64,000 bases of DNA from the human T2T-CHM13v2.0 reference genome, Homo sapiens. Position numbers and translations under genes: made by a program. Shown in pieces: positions 28,821-42,524 of this stretch (positions are counted from its first letter, which is position 1; each line of letters opens with the position of its first letter). The DNA lies in the NCBI RefSeq assembly GCF_009914755.1, contig NC_060925.1; one strand, given 5' to 3'. The notes under the pieces were generated by a model. It was given only the letters and a program-made list of their open reading frames with translations, was not told the DNA's origin and did no database searches.

Positions 28821-29384
28821 TCAGTAGCCAAATCCAGTGGCCTGTCTCCAGTCATCCTCTGGGCCTCTCTGTAGCACCTAGTATTTTCCAGGAGGGCCCT
28901 CTAATCTCTCCTCCTCCAGCTTCTTGTTAAAGGACTTTATCCTGGGATTTCTTGCTCTGGTCTGCCCTCTCTGGACTCAGTACCCTCTCGTCTTGAAAGA
29001 TGTCAATTCTCCCTGAGCTCTGGCCTCAGATTAAAATGGTTAGGAGCAAGGGCTCTGGAAACTGAATGCTTGAATTAGAAGCCCATTTCCACCATGCACA
29101 AAGTTTCCTCTGCTTCAGTTTTCTTCCCTGCCAACCAGAGATCATTAACAGCACTTACATCAGAAGGTTACTGGGAAGAATCAATGAGTTAATTCACATA
29201 AGTTGTAAGAACTCAATAAATGTCAACACTTATCCTTCCATCTATGCTTTGCTGGCCATTCCAATCAAGATACTGGAAAGATTTCTTCCTTTGAATTCAA
29301 TATATCATTAAAAACCACTTACTTGACATGATTTGATAGCCATTTTGATAAGATATCATTTTAAAGCTACCTAAAGCTTCCTGG

Positions 29385-29693
<309 letters not shown>

Positions 29694-30566
29694 AAGCTTC
29701 CTGTTTAAAAAACTATTATCAAATAATTTGTGGAAAAAACGCCCTCATCCCAGCCCACTGTCAATTCCCACCTGAGTCTGCTGGGGACGAGGGATGGAGT
29801 AGGGATTACAGATGTCAATGACTCATGACTTGGTAATAAAGAAACTAAAACAAGTTACTTTTTTCTTTTTTTAACATCAAAAGATCCTCCTCCTCTTTCT
29901 TACCATTGGTAGGAACTAATTTTTTTGGAGAGCAATTTGGCAATATCAAAATACATTTAAATGTTATGTCAAAAGTTACACACTTTTCTACACAAGTACT
30001 TTTAAAGGAAATATCCACCAGCAGGGAAGCAGTGAATAATCAGTGGAAATCCATACAACAGACTATAATTCAGTTTTCAAAATGGTTGAACAATATTCAA
30101 AGCAGTACAAGCACTTAGGGTAGGAGTAAGGTATACAGGATACTTTCACTTATTTACTTTTCTATTTTGGAACTGTTGGCATAAAGAGAAGTGGTTCTCA
30201 TAAGCAAGGAAGATGGCACCCTGAGGTAGATGTACTGTCTTCATGCAGAGATGACTTGTCCAAAGGTTGTGGGCTCAGCAGGGATTCGGACCCAGATCTG
30301 ACTCCAAGTCTAAGTCTTTTCCATCATTGGATGCTCCCCTATCCCTACTCTACAACAAAGCTGAGAGACAGGAACTCTCTGTACTATACACAGTCTCAGC
30401 ACAGGCAACTATGCTATCTGCCTGAAGATGCTTAGACTCTGGCTTAACATAAAGTCCTTTTAACTCATGGAGATGTGACAATATATCCAAATGTACCCAC
30501 CACCAATATCATCGTATCAGACTAATGCACATGAATATATTGCCCAGTTGTAGAAAGGACTAATTG

Positions 30567-30872
30567 GGCCGGGCACAGTGGCTCATGCCTGTAATCCCAG
30601 CATTTTGGGAGGCTGAGGCAGACAGATCACCTGAGGTCAGAAGTTCAAGACCAGCCTGGCCAACATAGTGAAACCCCGACTGTACTAAAAATACAAAAAA
30701 TTAGCCAGACATGGTGGCATAGGCCTGTAGTCCCAGCTATTCAGGAGGCTGAGGCAGGAGAATCACTCGAACCCGAGAGGCAGAGGTTACAACGAGCCGA
30801 GATCACACCACGGTATTCCAGCCTGGGCGACAAAGTGAGACTGTCTCCCAAAAAAAAAAAAAAAAAAAAAAA
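30567..30872 (+). mobile_element. Alu
   Basis: Full dimer with long A tail. Confidence 0.95.
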
Positions 30873-30965
30873 CAGTCGGCAAGGGGTGGGAGGAATTGAT
30901 TTAAACAAGCCCATAGGAATCCTTAGTTCCAAAGCGCATTGCCAGCACAGTTCAAAAGTTCATAA

Positions 30966-31262
30966 GGCTGGGTGCGGTGGCTCACACCTGTAATCCCAAC
31001 ACTTTGGGAAGCTGAGACGGGTGGATCACTTAAGGTCAGGAGTTCAAAACCATCCTGGCCAACATGGTAAAACCCCATCTCTACAAAAAATACAAAAATT
31101 AGCTGGGCATGGTGGTGCGCGACTGTAATCCCAGCTTCTCAGGAGGCTGAGGTGTGAGAATTGCTTGAACCCAGGAGGTAGAGTTGCAGTGAGCCAAGAT
31201 CGTGCCACTGTACTCCAGCCCAGGTGACAGAGCAAGACTGTCTCAAAAAAAAAAAAAAAAAG
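30966..31262 (+). mobile_element. Alu
   Basis: TSD aaaagttcataag. Confidence 0.95.
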
Positions 31263-33129
31263 TTCATAAGATATTTGGCAGAGCTGTTTCAGACTAAAAA
31301 CACTTTAACTCTCCCACTGGCCCATATGAAGACCAACCTCCTGCCACATGCATGTTTTTTGAAGGTGATGTAAGACCAACTGCAGGAAAGGGTGTCACTA
31401 AAGAAGAAAAAGAAGGGGGGGAAGCTCAGAGATGAATAAACCTTGAAATGAAAATCTGGCTGGCAAAGAATGCGTCTGTATGTAAGCAAGGAGAGGTAGG
31501 GATGGGGTTTTTAAAAAATACAACATCCAATTCTTTGAAGAAAGATAAGGAAAATCCACCCCAGTATTCAGAGTAGAGAATGGAACCATTCAGGGGAAGG
31601 CATCTAGCCATAGGTGGACTCTAAAGAGCAGCCCTAGGGTTCCAGCTCAGCTGCTAAGGCCCAAAGACCACAGCAAGCTCACAAGATGATGCCTAATGTA
31701 CATATAATTTCTACACTCAATTAGAAGCAGAATATGATTGCTGTTGCTATTTTTGCATTCAAAGTGGAATCACATGTTTGAATTAACCAACAGCAGGACA
31801 GAGACTTGCTACACATGGTATTGATTGTTTTCTCTCCTATTTCCTCCCACAAGAAACAAAAGGAGACCAGGAAATTGTGCACTAATGAAGCACACTCTAT
31901 CCATTCACAGAGCCTGGGTAACATTAAGGGTGAGAAGCTGCAGATAATGGAGAAAGATCAGTGTCCAAACATTTGGGAGTGGAGGCGGGAAGAAGCAATG
32001 AAGCCATAGCCCGCCCAGTGTGGCCACTCCACAGCTAGAGTTCCCTGGAAAATTATCCAGCAGAGGGGAAATAACCATAAATGCTTAGGTTACAACTGAC
32101 CCAGAAGAGTCCTTCCAAGCACAAAAGGCCTCCTCTTTTCTCTGCATTCATGCCTCCAATTCCCTGGCCTTCCCACCGCAGACACAGCACTCAACAGTCA
32201 CGCCCACACCCTGAAGCTTCCTGGTCCCTCCCTACCTTGTGGGGGAAAACTAAGCATTAGTCTTCTCCACTCAAGGACTTGCTTCACACAGGTCTAGGTA
32301 GAGACTTCATAAGAACACATAAACTCAAAGCCTCCAGATTCAAGCAAGCCAAATTCAAACACTTGAAGGAAAATATGTTAACCAGCTAGCTGTGGAGGAA
32401 TACAAGCCCTATCTGAAACCAAGAAAGGAAAGATATATCTTATTTAAAAGGAATCAACCTGTTAGAAAAAGCAGAATACAACCAAGCCCGGTAAGCAAGA
32501 CCTCTAGCTCTACAGAGAAGTCCTCAGCCCTAAGGGCAATGTGGACAGAATGGTGCAGATCTACAGACCTGGTGCTTTCACTGTGGAAATGCCTCACACG
32601 CTGCCTGGTGGTGGAGTCCTGGATAAGGACTCTGGGGCAGATCACATTCCTGACACAGAAATGAAACACAGTAGTACTGCTTGGTGTCATGTCCCCTATC
32701 CACCAGAAATCTCAGGCAGATACAAACAGATTCGTGAATGAATATTAAAGTTCTAGAGATAATATCAACATCCAGAAGAGAAAAAGCAGCTCAGAACACA
32801 AGACTGAGCCTAATTAGCAGAGAACCAGTCAGCAAAATGAAACCATGGCTAAAATTTATATAATGTGGGCTTTTGATTCCAGGCATTATTCTAAACACTT
32901 TACATGGATTATCTATCTGATTTCTCCCAACAACCCTATAAAGATGAGTGTTATGATATCCTCATTTTACATACAAGACAGGCAGGTTAAGTCACTTGCC
33001 AAAGTTCACAGTAAGATGCAGAACCAGGAATCCAACCCAGTTCCCACAGTCCATGTTCTTAACCACTAAGCTCTACTTTCCCTGACAAGAACCTTGTATG
33101 ACAGGTATGGAGAAGTCTTCAAGTTCAAA

Positions 33130-33245
33130 AGGGTTCACATGGCCATAGGTTTTTGTAAAACTTAAAAGATATTTATATATTTTTCATAATGAGGACCCCC
33201 AAATTGTATAAACTTCGTCCCCACAAACAACCTGGATCTACCTAT
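33130..33245 (-). mobile_element. hAT-Tip100 (ORSL-like) DNA transposon end; a similar fragment lies at about 46225-46293
   Basis: ccccaaattgtataaacttcgtccccacaaa..cctggatc resembles the recalled ORSL terminus. Confidence 0.4.
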
Positions 33246-33464
33246 GAGTTCCAAGAATCCTTAACAAAAATCTGAGGGTACAAGTACACATAAATAAGTT
33301 AAGAGCCCATTTGGGCTATAAAATAAGTTCAGAGTTAAGGAGAGCCAATGCACATGGTATATGCTACAGGAGGGTAATGCCTAGATTTAAATGGAACTTG
33401 CCAACAAATTCTAAGGACAAGCTTTCTCCAACCACCACCTAGTTTCACTGAGAAAGAAAATGCA

Positions 33465-33805
<341 letters not shown>

Positions 33806-34485
33806 CTAATGATGGGTGAAAAACCAAAACGATCCAATTGTGCTTACTTTTTTTATGCCGCAGATCAGATTCATTATGACTTTAAGGATACACTGTTAAA
33901 GAGGGAAAGGAGGCAGGAAACACTAACCCTCATGTCCCAACCTGGAAGGGAAACAGGCACTGGGGAAAAAAAAAGCCTATACCTCTGTTGATGGTGGTAT
34001 TAGCAATGTCATCATTGTCAAGATTGTTTCTGAAATCTAAAGGACTGTCTAGAGACAGAACAATTTCCACAAATGTTAGACTGTAAAAAATCAGTGAGCC
34101 TGACGATAATCCTCGTTAAAACTCCAGAGTAAATAAGGATGAGAATTTTAAAGAGGAAGCATGGTATCTCTTGTCACTTCAGCAAAGTGTATCTTATTTA
34201 TCTGTTTTGGTCAAGACAGGAAAACAAAAACTAAAGCAGACCAACAGCAATAGCTGGTTCCTACCAGGAGCAAAGTCCCTGGCTGAATGGCCCCTTCTCC
34301 AGCAGTATTCAGGAAAATGCAGGCACTGGACAAATCCTTGCAGAGGACACCTCTACCATTCCTAACTTGGAAGTCTAAGAAAGAGCCCAGTCAAAATATC
34401 TATCTTAAGAAATAATCCCAAAATCAGCAGCAAAGATGAAAAATTTCAACATAATATTAACTATTTAACTACTTAAGAAAAACAA

Positions 34486-34605
34486 GGCTAGGAATGGTGG
34501 CTCACACCTGTAATCCCAGTGCTTTAACAGGCCAAGGCAGTAGGATCACTTGAGGCCAGAAGTTCAAGACCAACCTGGGCAACATAGCGAGATCAAAAAA
34601 TAAAA
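34486..34605 (+). mobile_element. Alu left monomer (FLAM)
   Basis: Monomer consensus. Confidence 0.8.
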
Positions 34606-36690
34606 TATTTTTTAGAATATTTTCTTTTTAACCACATCCTTCAAAATCATCACACTTGCACTACAGAATTATCTTATTTAGACTACAGAGTTAATTTCTA
34701 ACTTCTTATGTCTAGAGATAGCAAAATCTATTCCCGATGAATAAATTCATTAAATCAACAAATATTCAAATATTTATTGAGCATATGCTATGTGCTAAAC
34801 TATATTGTAAAATATCGATCTTGAGACACACCCGCGAATAAGAGAGCTTTATCTCTGGTGGGAAGAGACAGATAATAAGCAAACAAAAAAAGATTTTAAT
34901 TAAAAACCAATTTCTGAACTTCCAAGTTTAAAAAGAAAAAAGCTAAGCCCACCAACACATTTTTACCAAGATTCTGGTGCTCTACCAGCAAGACAAGGCA
35001 AACCACCCTCGAGTGTAATTTATAGCTGGGTCACCCTGGGTTACTCTGATCAGAAGTACCCTCAGAGCAGCTGTGCGTCTAAAGCGCACCCGGCAAACAA
35101 GCTAGGAGGACTTCGCGGACACTGGTCCTATCTAATTATTACTGTATGATTGTTTAACTTCAACAACCAAAGATTTTGGTAATAAGCCTTTCAAGAAGGT
35201 TTTTAGGTGTTGAGAAATACCATTTTGTAATCAAGAAGATCCCGTGGGAAGCTGCTTTGCTCAAATCAGACATTCCAAGGGGGCAGAAGACTGGAAGAAT
35301 GTGCATTCCAATTCCATGCTTCTTAATATTCCAGTTAGCTTCCTCCCAAAAAAACATACCGAGGTAAGATTATTTCAGCTCCCCATTTGTCAATTTATTT
35401 TTTCCACTTTCCCTGAGACCTGTAAGAAAGGTTCCTGCGGCATTTGCTCTAAACCTGATGAAGACATGCTTCACTGCGTCCTCTCTTCCCATCCAACTTT
35501 ACGGGAAACTACCCCCAACTCCAACATTTTGCCAGGAAATACTGTGCTTCCCTTGAGTACCTGTTATGTTTTTTCATGGTTTACGAGGCACAGAGTTGTT
35601 TCACTTTTCATTTTGGTTCCCAAGATGCATTCAAGGGCCTGGTTCAACCTGTAGAATACCTGTAGGGCCCATTATTTTATGAGTGTTTCCATCCTCCACC
35701 GAACCATCCCTACCAGTGTCTGCATTTTCCCTGGCCCTTTTACTCTCTGATAGTTTTTGTAAACTCTAAGTTATTGATCATTTGGTGTCATTTTTTTCTT
35801 TGTTATTAAAGAAACTTTGTTCATATTCCAGGCTGAAAGACTGGAATTCTTAGGCTTTTTTTTTTTAAGGCTGTTTTCACACATCTTCTTGCCTATTAAA
35901 AAAAGTAAGCTTGTGTGTTCTGCCATGTATTATCATCTTACCAATCAAATGTCTTAAAGATTTTTCTCTGAAATTTTACTGATTAAAGTATTTAAAATCA
36001 GAGACTTCCTCAATTCATTGATGAAATGCTTTTACAGCTAGAATATTATATAACAAGACCAAAAGGTATTAATACAAACCAAATACTTAAAGAGGCAGGG
36101 ACATACAAATCTTAGAAATATAATACTAAAAACTAATTTTCTGTTACTAAGAGCTAATAGCTACAATACAGTCACTGAGTTGAGTATAAGCCAGACACAT
36201 CTCCACAACATGGTGTCTGGGGGTGGCAACTATTGTTTTCCCCCATTCTACAGAACAGAAGCTAGGAGAGAGATGTCAAGTAGCTAGCCCAGCATCACAG
36301 AAGGCAGGAAGTGGCAGAACGGGGACTAGAACTCACATATGCTAGACTCCCAGGTCCACTCCACACTGTCTCCCCAGGATGTTTCTATACTTCTTTGTTA
36401 AATGAGATGTGGGGGTAGATGGGGGGAATCTAGCATTCAAGCAATGTATCAATTATGCAATAAAGAAAAAGCAGGAAGGAATCAAAAGGTGTCAAACCAC
36501 GCAATGTCACTTTTGTATATACCCACCTTTCACCCGGGAGTCCTGAGGCCTCAGTCAAAATGCAGCATCTCATACAAAGGCCTAGCAAACATGGCTATTT
36601 GATTCCCAGGCCCAGAACAGATCAGAAACAGTATGACATAAATAATCACAATGTCAAGAAGTGACAGGTGGGTAGCAAAAATGGGAGGAA

Positions 36691-37037
<347 letters not shown>

Positions 37038-37985
37038 CTAAGTACTTCACTCAACTAAGACATCGCTTTTAGAGTTAAAATTCTTAGAATAGTCCAACTT
37101 CTGTGACCTTGAGCAAATCTTTCTGAGCTTCAGTGTACTGATCTGTAAATGATGTTGGATAATCCCAGCAATCCTCCTCACCTTACAGGACTGCTCTGCT
37201 GTTAAGATCAAAAGACTTCCTATGAAAGAATACTGTCTGAAAGGACTACAAAAATGAAACGGGTTATTAAAAAATGGGTTTGGTGCTTAAAGGGATAAAT
37301 CCACAGCTTTCATAACTAACTTTCCAAAGGTTCTAAAAACTGAGGTTTTACCGTTTTTAAATATTTACAATAATTACAGTGATCTAGCCTGTGTATGCAT
37401 TTCCTTGGATCTGCTCAGTATTAAGCAGGAAAAGGGCAAAAGCTGCTACATTAGTCAGCAAAAAAGAAATTAGCATGGATATTATTAACATCCAAGAAAA
37501 GTAAGTCACTTGAAGGGCTGCCAACGTTATCAGTACCTCATTTACAATGCAAAAGGTAGTAGAGACTCAACTGCTGCCAGCCAAGAATCACTGGGGGGAA
37601 TTACAATGAATGTGCACAACCAGGCCAAAGTATCACATCACATCCAACATTTTGGACATGCCCATTCCTCTGAAGTTTCCTAAAGTTCGGTTTGTAAATC
37701 CTGGAAGGAAGGAAACAGTAACTTGTTACAAACTTTTCAGTTGGTGAGGTTTGCACTCAATCATACACAAACCATTCACCTTTCTGCTCTCTAAAAAAAT
37801 TGTTAGCAAACTGTTGTCTAATACGGGCAACACGTTTGAAAAGGTAAAGGACCTAAACATTTCAACTTTAGATACATAGACTAAAATCAACTCCTTGCTT
37901 CAAAGACAGTATGATGTGCAGACTAACAGCGGGAGACAAGAGCCACAACTCTCCCTTGGGGTTTGACAACGGTGCGCTTCATTAC

Positions 37986-38150
37986 CTCTTTACATAATTC
38001 GCTTCACACCGCCTACCCCCGCAGCCCCGGGATGTTCCAGCTCTGACAATGCCAGTGCCTTCCACCAGCGGTCGGACGGTGCGGTGGCAATCCTGACATG
38101 CTTGGGCTCCCGGGAGGTTAATGGGAATTAAACCACAGGCAGCCCTCCTT
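37986..38150 (-). other. CNN3: Candidate alternative non-coding first exon of CNN3
   Basis: CpG-rich patch; CCAAT box (-) at 38215-38219 just upstream; donor GAG|gtaatg at 37986/37985; contains only short uORFs; 5' end approximate. Confidence 0.5.
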
Positions 38151-38499
38151 TGTGGCGCTTTGGCCAGAACAGCAGAAAGGAGACAATGAGCGTTCTGTGC
38201 ACAGTTCCGCGCCGATTGGCTGGTCTCTCCCCCCAGAAACCCCTGATGTCATGGGCTTGGAATGCAGGGAGGGAGGAAGGAAGGAGAGGATTTGGGGAGG
38301 GGGACGCCTCTCATCTCTTTCCCAGGCCAAAAGTCCTAAAGATAAACCTAACGCATTCTTGGGCTCAGTGGCAAAGCTGAGCGTCACCAAATCCCAATCG
38401 CTCCAAACTATAAGCCGCCTCAGCAAACAAGCCCCAAACAAAAGCAACCCACAAAAATACTCCTTTATGTCGTGAAAGTCTAATGTACTTCAAACTTCT

Positions 38500-40110
38500 C
38501 AGTGTTTCATAAAAAGTCTCAAGCCTAAGCAGATATCACTCGCACAGTGGCGCGCTCAGGCTTTGTCTCCATTTCCCGCAAAAGCAACAGCAGAAGCAGC
38601 AGCAGCAATCTGCCTCCAAATGCCTCCCAGGCACCGAGATCGGAGACTGTGATGGGTCCCGGACCGGCTTCCGTTCCTCGGGGCCCCTGGGGTCGGCGGG
38701 ACATTAGGCGGTCTCTCTCCCCGTGGGGAGGCGCGGAGTCCGCCAGCACCCGGGGCCCGGGCAGATGGCGGGGGCTGCGGCAGCGGCTCGCCGGGTCCCT
38801 GGCCGCGCAGACGGGCTCCGCCTAAGGGCGAGTGGCCACGCAGGAGCGCCCCCTTCCCGGAGGGCGCGTTCTGCAGTCACCAAACGGCCCCCGAGACCCC
38901 CGCAGCCGGAAAGGCTGGCGCCGCGGGACTCCAGGCGCCCGGGAACCCACCGCCAGCCACTAGTCCTGTCCCACGGCGCGGGAACAAAGCCAGGCGGGTG
39001 CCCGGGAGCCGGCCCCGCAAGCCCGGGGACTGGACGCGACCGGGACAGGCAGAGACGCTCGCGCCGCCTCGACGGCCCCTCTCCAGGAAAACGGTGAGCC
39101 ACAGCGCGAAGAGCAAACGAAGCACGGCCCAGCGCCAGGCCAGCCCAAGGGTGCCCCGGGGGCCCCCGCGCCCGCCCGAGCCAGGCGTACCTTGTTCTTG
39201 ACTTCGGCCGAGAGCCCATAGGAAGGGCCCTTGTTGAAGTGGGTCATGGTGGTTCGGGCGGCGGGAAGAGACAGCGCTGGGGTCCGGGGTCTCTCGCACT
39301 TCGCTTCCCCGCTCCTGGCCCCGAGGAGTGGCCGCCGCGGGGGATGCTCGAACTCCCTCCTCTGGGAGGCGCAGGAGACGGCCGCGGGGCGCGGGCGGTG
39401 CCTGGGCGACTGGGTCCAACTGGGTGCTACAGAGCCTCGAGCTCCGCTGCGAAGCACCCGGCTGCCTCGCTCGCCGCCCGCACCTCGGTTCCCCACAGGC
39501 CGCCCCCGCCTCCGCCTGGGCCTTCGAGGATTGGCCGCCGGGCCCGACCAATGGAGGGCCGCCTCCTCCCGCCTCTGCGCCGAGGGGCGGTGCGGCCAAT
39601 TGAAGGGCCGCGGGGGCCGCTTTCCCTCCCGCTCCCTCCCCGCGAGGTCCCCGGCCCCCGCCCCAGCCCTCACGCCACCGGGGCCGGCGGCTAGGCGGCC
39701 CCGCCCCCGGGCTAGGCAGGGCGCCTGGGGGCTTCCCAGCCACAGGCCATTCACGTCAACCTCCAGGCATCCTCCGCGGCGGGCCGGACCGGGCCGGCGG
39801 AGGGGAGCGGAAGCCCACCGGGGCTGGCCCGCCGCTGACCCGCCGCCTCCGTCTGCCTCCTCCCGGGCTCTGGGCCCAGCGCGCCCAGATGCCGGGCAGG
39901 ACCCCTCCGCCCGCTGCTGGAACACCAATAGCAGCGTTGGAGCCTCTGGGCCGGAGGAACTGGGGCCTCCACCGACACCTGCTTCTTCCCTCACCTCGCA
40001 GCCTTCCACACCTGTTGATCTGACCTCTGCCCCGCTGCCGCCCAGGAGTAACCTAAGGCTTTTGGCCTGATTCGAGCTCACTCCGTCTAAACCTCTAAAT
40101 GCGGTGCGAA
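38500..40110. promoter_or_regulatory. CNN3: CpG island / bidirectional promoter of CNN3
   Basis: Very high GC and CpG density; GC boxes (e.g. GGGCGG 39585-39590); CCAAT at 39530-39534 (-), 39548-39552 (+), 39596-39600 (+); CRE-like TCACGTCA 39751-39758; no TATA seen. Confidence 0.9.
39191..39247 (-). CDS. CNN3: CNN3 exon 1 CDS (MTHFNKGPSYGLSAEVKNK)
   Basis: ACCACCATG Kozak; calponin N-terminal motif GPSYGLSAEV; AAG|gtacgc donor; spliced total 329 aa. Confidence 0.97.
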
Positions 40111-40768
40111 AAAATCCTGGGGAATGTGCCATGCAAAGCCTGGGCATTTCAAGTGCTTTTCTGGATTCGCATCAACTCCTCTTTACAGGCATCTTTATCC
40201 GGAATTCAGCTCGTCCCAAACCCCACGTGGTGTAGCTCTGCTTGTGTTTTTGAATCCCGGGGCCTCTTTGAATCAGAAGCCCTTTGTATAGAGATAAGTA
40301 TCCTTTAGGCCAGAATCAGCCTCCATTTTTTTCGCAGTCCCATTTCCTACCCGTAATACTTTCTTCTGATTTTAAAGCCATTTGATAGAGAAGGGACAGG
40401 GAACAGAACCTTCGCCCCCCGCCTGAGCAGCTGGTAGACTAGATATCTTCCAAACATTATCTCATTTACTTCCCTGGAGTTACAAATAGGTAGATTTCAT
40501 GTCCGTTGAGGGGTGAGAAAGCTGAAACTTTGAGACTTAAGAATCCTGGCCGAGGTCAGCCTCCTCCGAAGCTTCATCTCTTGCCACCACTTTCTGGTGC
40601 ACACCTAGGACAGATTTCAATCCCTGAGATCCCAGGATGAAACCTATGTTTGCCAAATACCAGCTACTGTGCCAGAAGAGATCATGGAACCAGGTGTGGA
40701 AAGCTGCTTGAGAAGAGGAGCCAAAACATCATAGTTGAACCGTCCTGGAATAGAAGTGAGTAAGGTGA

Positions 40769-40922
40769 ACCAGGTGTGGTGGCTCATGCCTGTAATCCTA
40801 GCACTTTGGGAGACCGAGGTGGGAGGATTGCTTGAGGCCTGGAGTTCAGGAACATCCTGGGCAACATAGCAAGATCCTGTCTCTACAAAAAATCCAAAGT
40901 TTTTTTAAATTAAAAAAAAAAA
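40769..40922 (+). mobile_element. Alu left monomer (FLAM)
   Basis: TSD aagtgagtaagg at 40754-40765 and 40921-40932. Confidence 0.85.
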
Positions 40923-41417
40923 GTGAGTAAGGCAGCTTGAACCGGAAATGCACAAAACTGCTATCCAGTTTGCAAGGCTTTTCCCAATGACTTTGAGGGA
41001 TGGAACCTGAAGGAAGCGGGAGGAGGCAAATAGGGAGGAAAGTGAAATGATTTATAAATGACTTGCTAATTTTGTCCAAAGGGAGTAATGATAATTAGGG
41101 CATTCTTCCCACACGAAGATGACACAATTGACCCAATATCATTGAGGCTAACAGTTTGGGCTGTTTTTCCAGTAGTATGACAGTGACGGTGTGTCAACCG
41201 CAGGACCTCACCCACATTTCTTTGGGACCTAGGAGTGTGGGAAATAGCAGCCAGATTTGAGGTACAAATCATGGTGTCCAGCCTGCAAAGCCTTTTTGCA
41301 GCAATCTAAGCCTGACTGCTCCTGTTGTATGCTCAAAGTCATTTTAATCTACTTTAGCTTATTGTAAAATGTTCAAGAATTGTATTTTGTCTTGAAAACC
41401 ATGAATTTTATTGTTTA

Positions 41418-41570
41418 GGGGGAGTTATTTTTTAAGGAGTGCAGGATTTCAGTTTTGGATGATGAAAAAGTTTTGAAGATGGGTAGTGACAGTGGTCACA
41501 CAACATTGTAAATGTACTTAATGCCATTGTACACTTACGTGACTTTAAAGTAAACATGAAATTTTCTACA
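41418..41570 (+). mobile_element. Old L1M 3'-end fragment
   Basis: gatgaaaaagttttgaagatggg...cacaacattgtaaatgtacttaatgcca motif. Confidence 0.65.
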
Positions 41571-41736
41571 TTTGTTTGTTTGATCAACTGTTATCCTCCC
41601 TAAGGTACTTGAAGTTCTTTCTGACATTGCCACTGGAACTTACTATTTAAATATTGTTGGTCCTCTTGGATTCCATCAGTACTCCAGAGACTTCCTTCGT
41701 TTCTAATTTAACTCATTGTGTAAGAATACGTAATGC

Positions 41737-42480
41737 TGTTGTTAGCACTAGGGAATGTATCTGAGTCTCATGCACCAAAGTGTGTTAGCAGCAGCAAATC
41801 TGTATGGGTCTGCAGCAACCTCAATTCTTGCCTCCTCCAAAGAAAGAATTCTACCGAGAGGCATAAGGCAGAGGGAGAGGCCAAGGCACGTTTTAGAGCA
41901 GGAGTGAAAGTTAGAGCAAGAATGAAACGAAGTAATGTACACTTGGAAGAGGGCCAGGCGGGCAACTTGAGAGATTCAAGTGCGCTGCTTGACCTTTGAC
42001 TTGGGGTTTTATACATTGGCATGCTTCCAGGGGGTTGTGTCCCTTTTCCCCTGATTCTTCCCTTGAGGTGGGCTGTCTGCATGTGCAGTGGCCTGCCAGC
42101 ACTTGGGAGGGACCACATGCTCAGTGTGTTAACTGAGGTTGTACGCATGCTCACTTGAGGCATTCTTCGCTTACTAGTCAAGTGTTCCTAGAAGAAGGTC
42201 ATATATGAGTACCAGTTAAATGCCACCATTTTGCCTCTTAGTTCACACCTGTGAGCCCACTCAGCCAACTCCTAAGATCCTATCCAGAAGCTGCTGATCA
42301 CCAGTTGTAGGTATTTTCTAGCCATTGGGAGACTGCCTTTCCCTGGTGCCGGCTGTGACCAGTTATTATTTTAGAGAGACAGTTTAACAACTGCCTGACC
42401 ACCTGATGGTTGCGTGACATTCCTGGTGGGAGCGGGGAGCCCTCTCCTGCTCTGCTTGTGTCTGACTACCTACTGTGGCA
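41737..42480 (-). mobile_element. Solo ERV1 LTR, MER50
   Basis: Reverse complement starts tgccacagtaggtagtcagacac..gcaggagagggctcccc..ccaggaatgtca..ccatcaggtggtcaggcagttgttaaactgtctctctaaaataataa, matching the recalled MER50 consensus. Confidence 0.8.
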
Positions 42481-42524
42481 CTATAGAATCAAATGAGAAA
42501 AACTTAAAATTTGGGACAATTTTA

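Noticed and set aside
38062-38076. CTCF-like CCACCAGCGGTCG
   Set aside because: Several mismatches in the core; cannot be supported without PWM or ChIP data
38584-38607. CAG-like run in intron 1
   Set aside because: Short and interrupted; not a credible expansion locus
38525-40147. Many long overlapping ORFs (up to 395 aa) on both strands
   Set aside because: Expected from stop-codon scarcity in a CpG island; low-complexity P/R/G/A content. Only 39191-39247 is supported as coding
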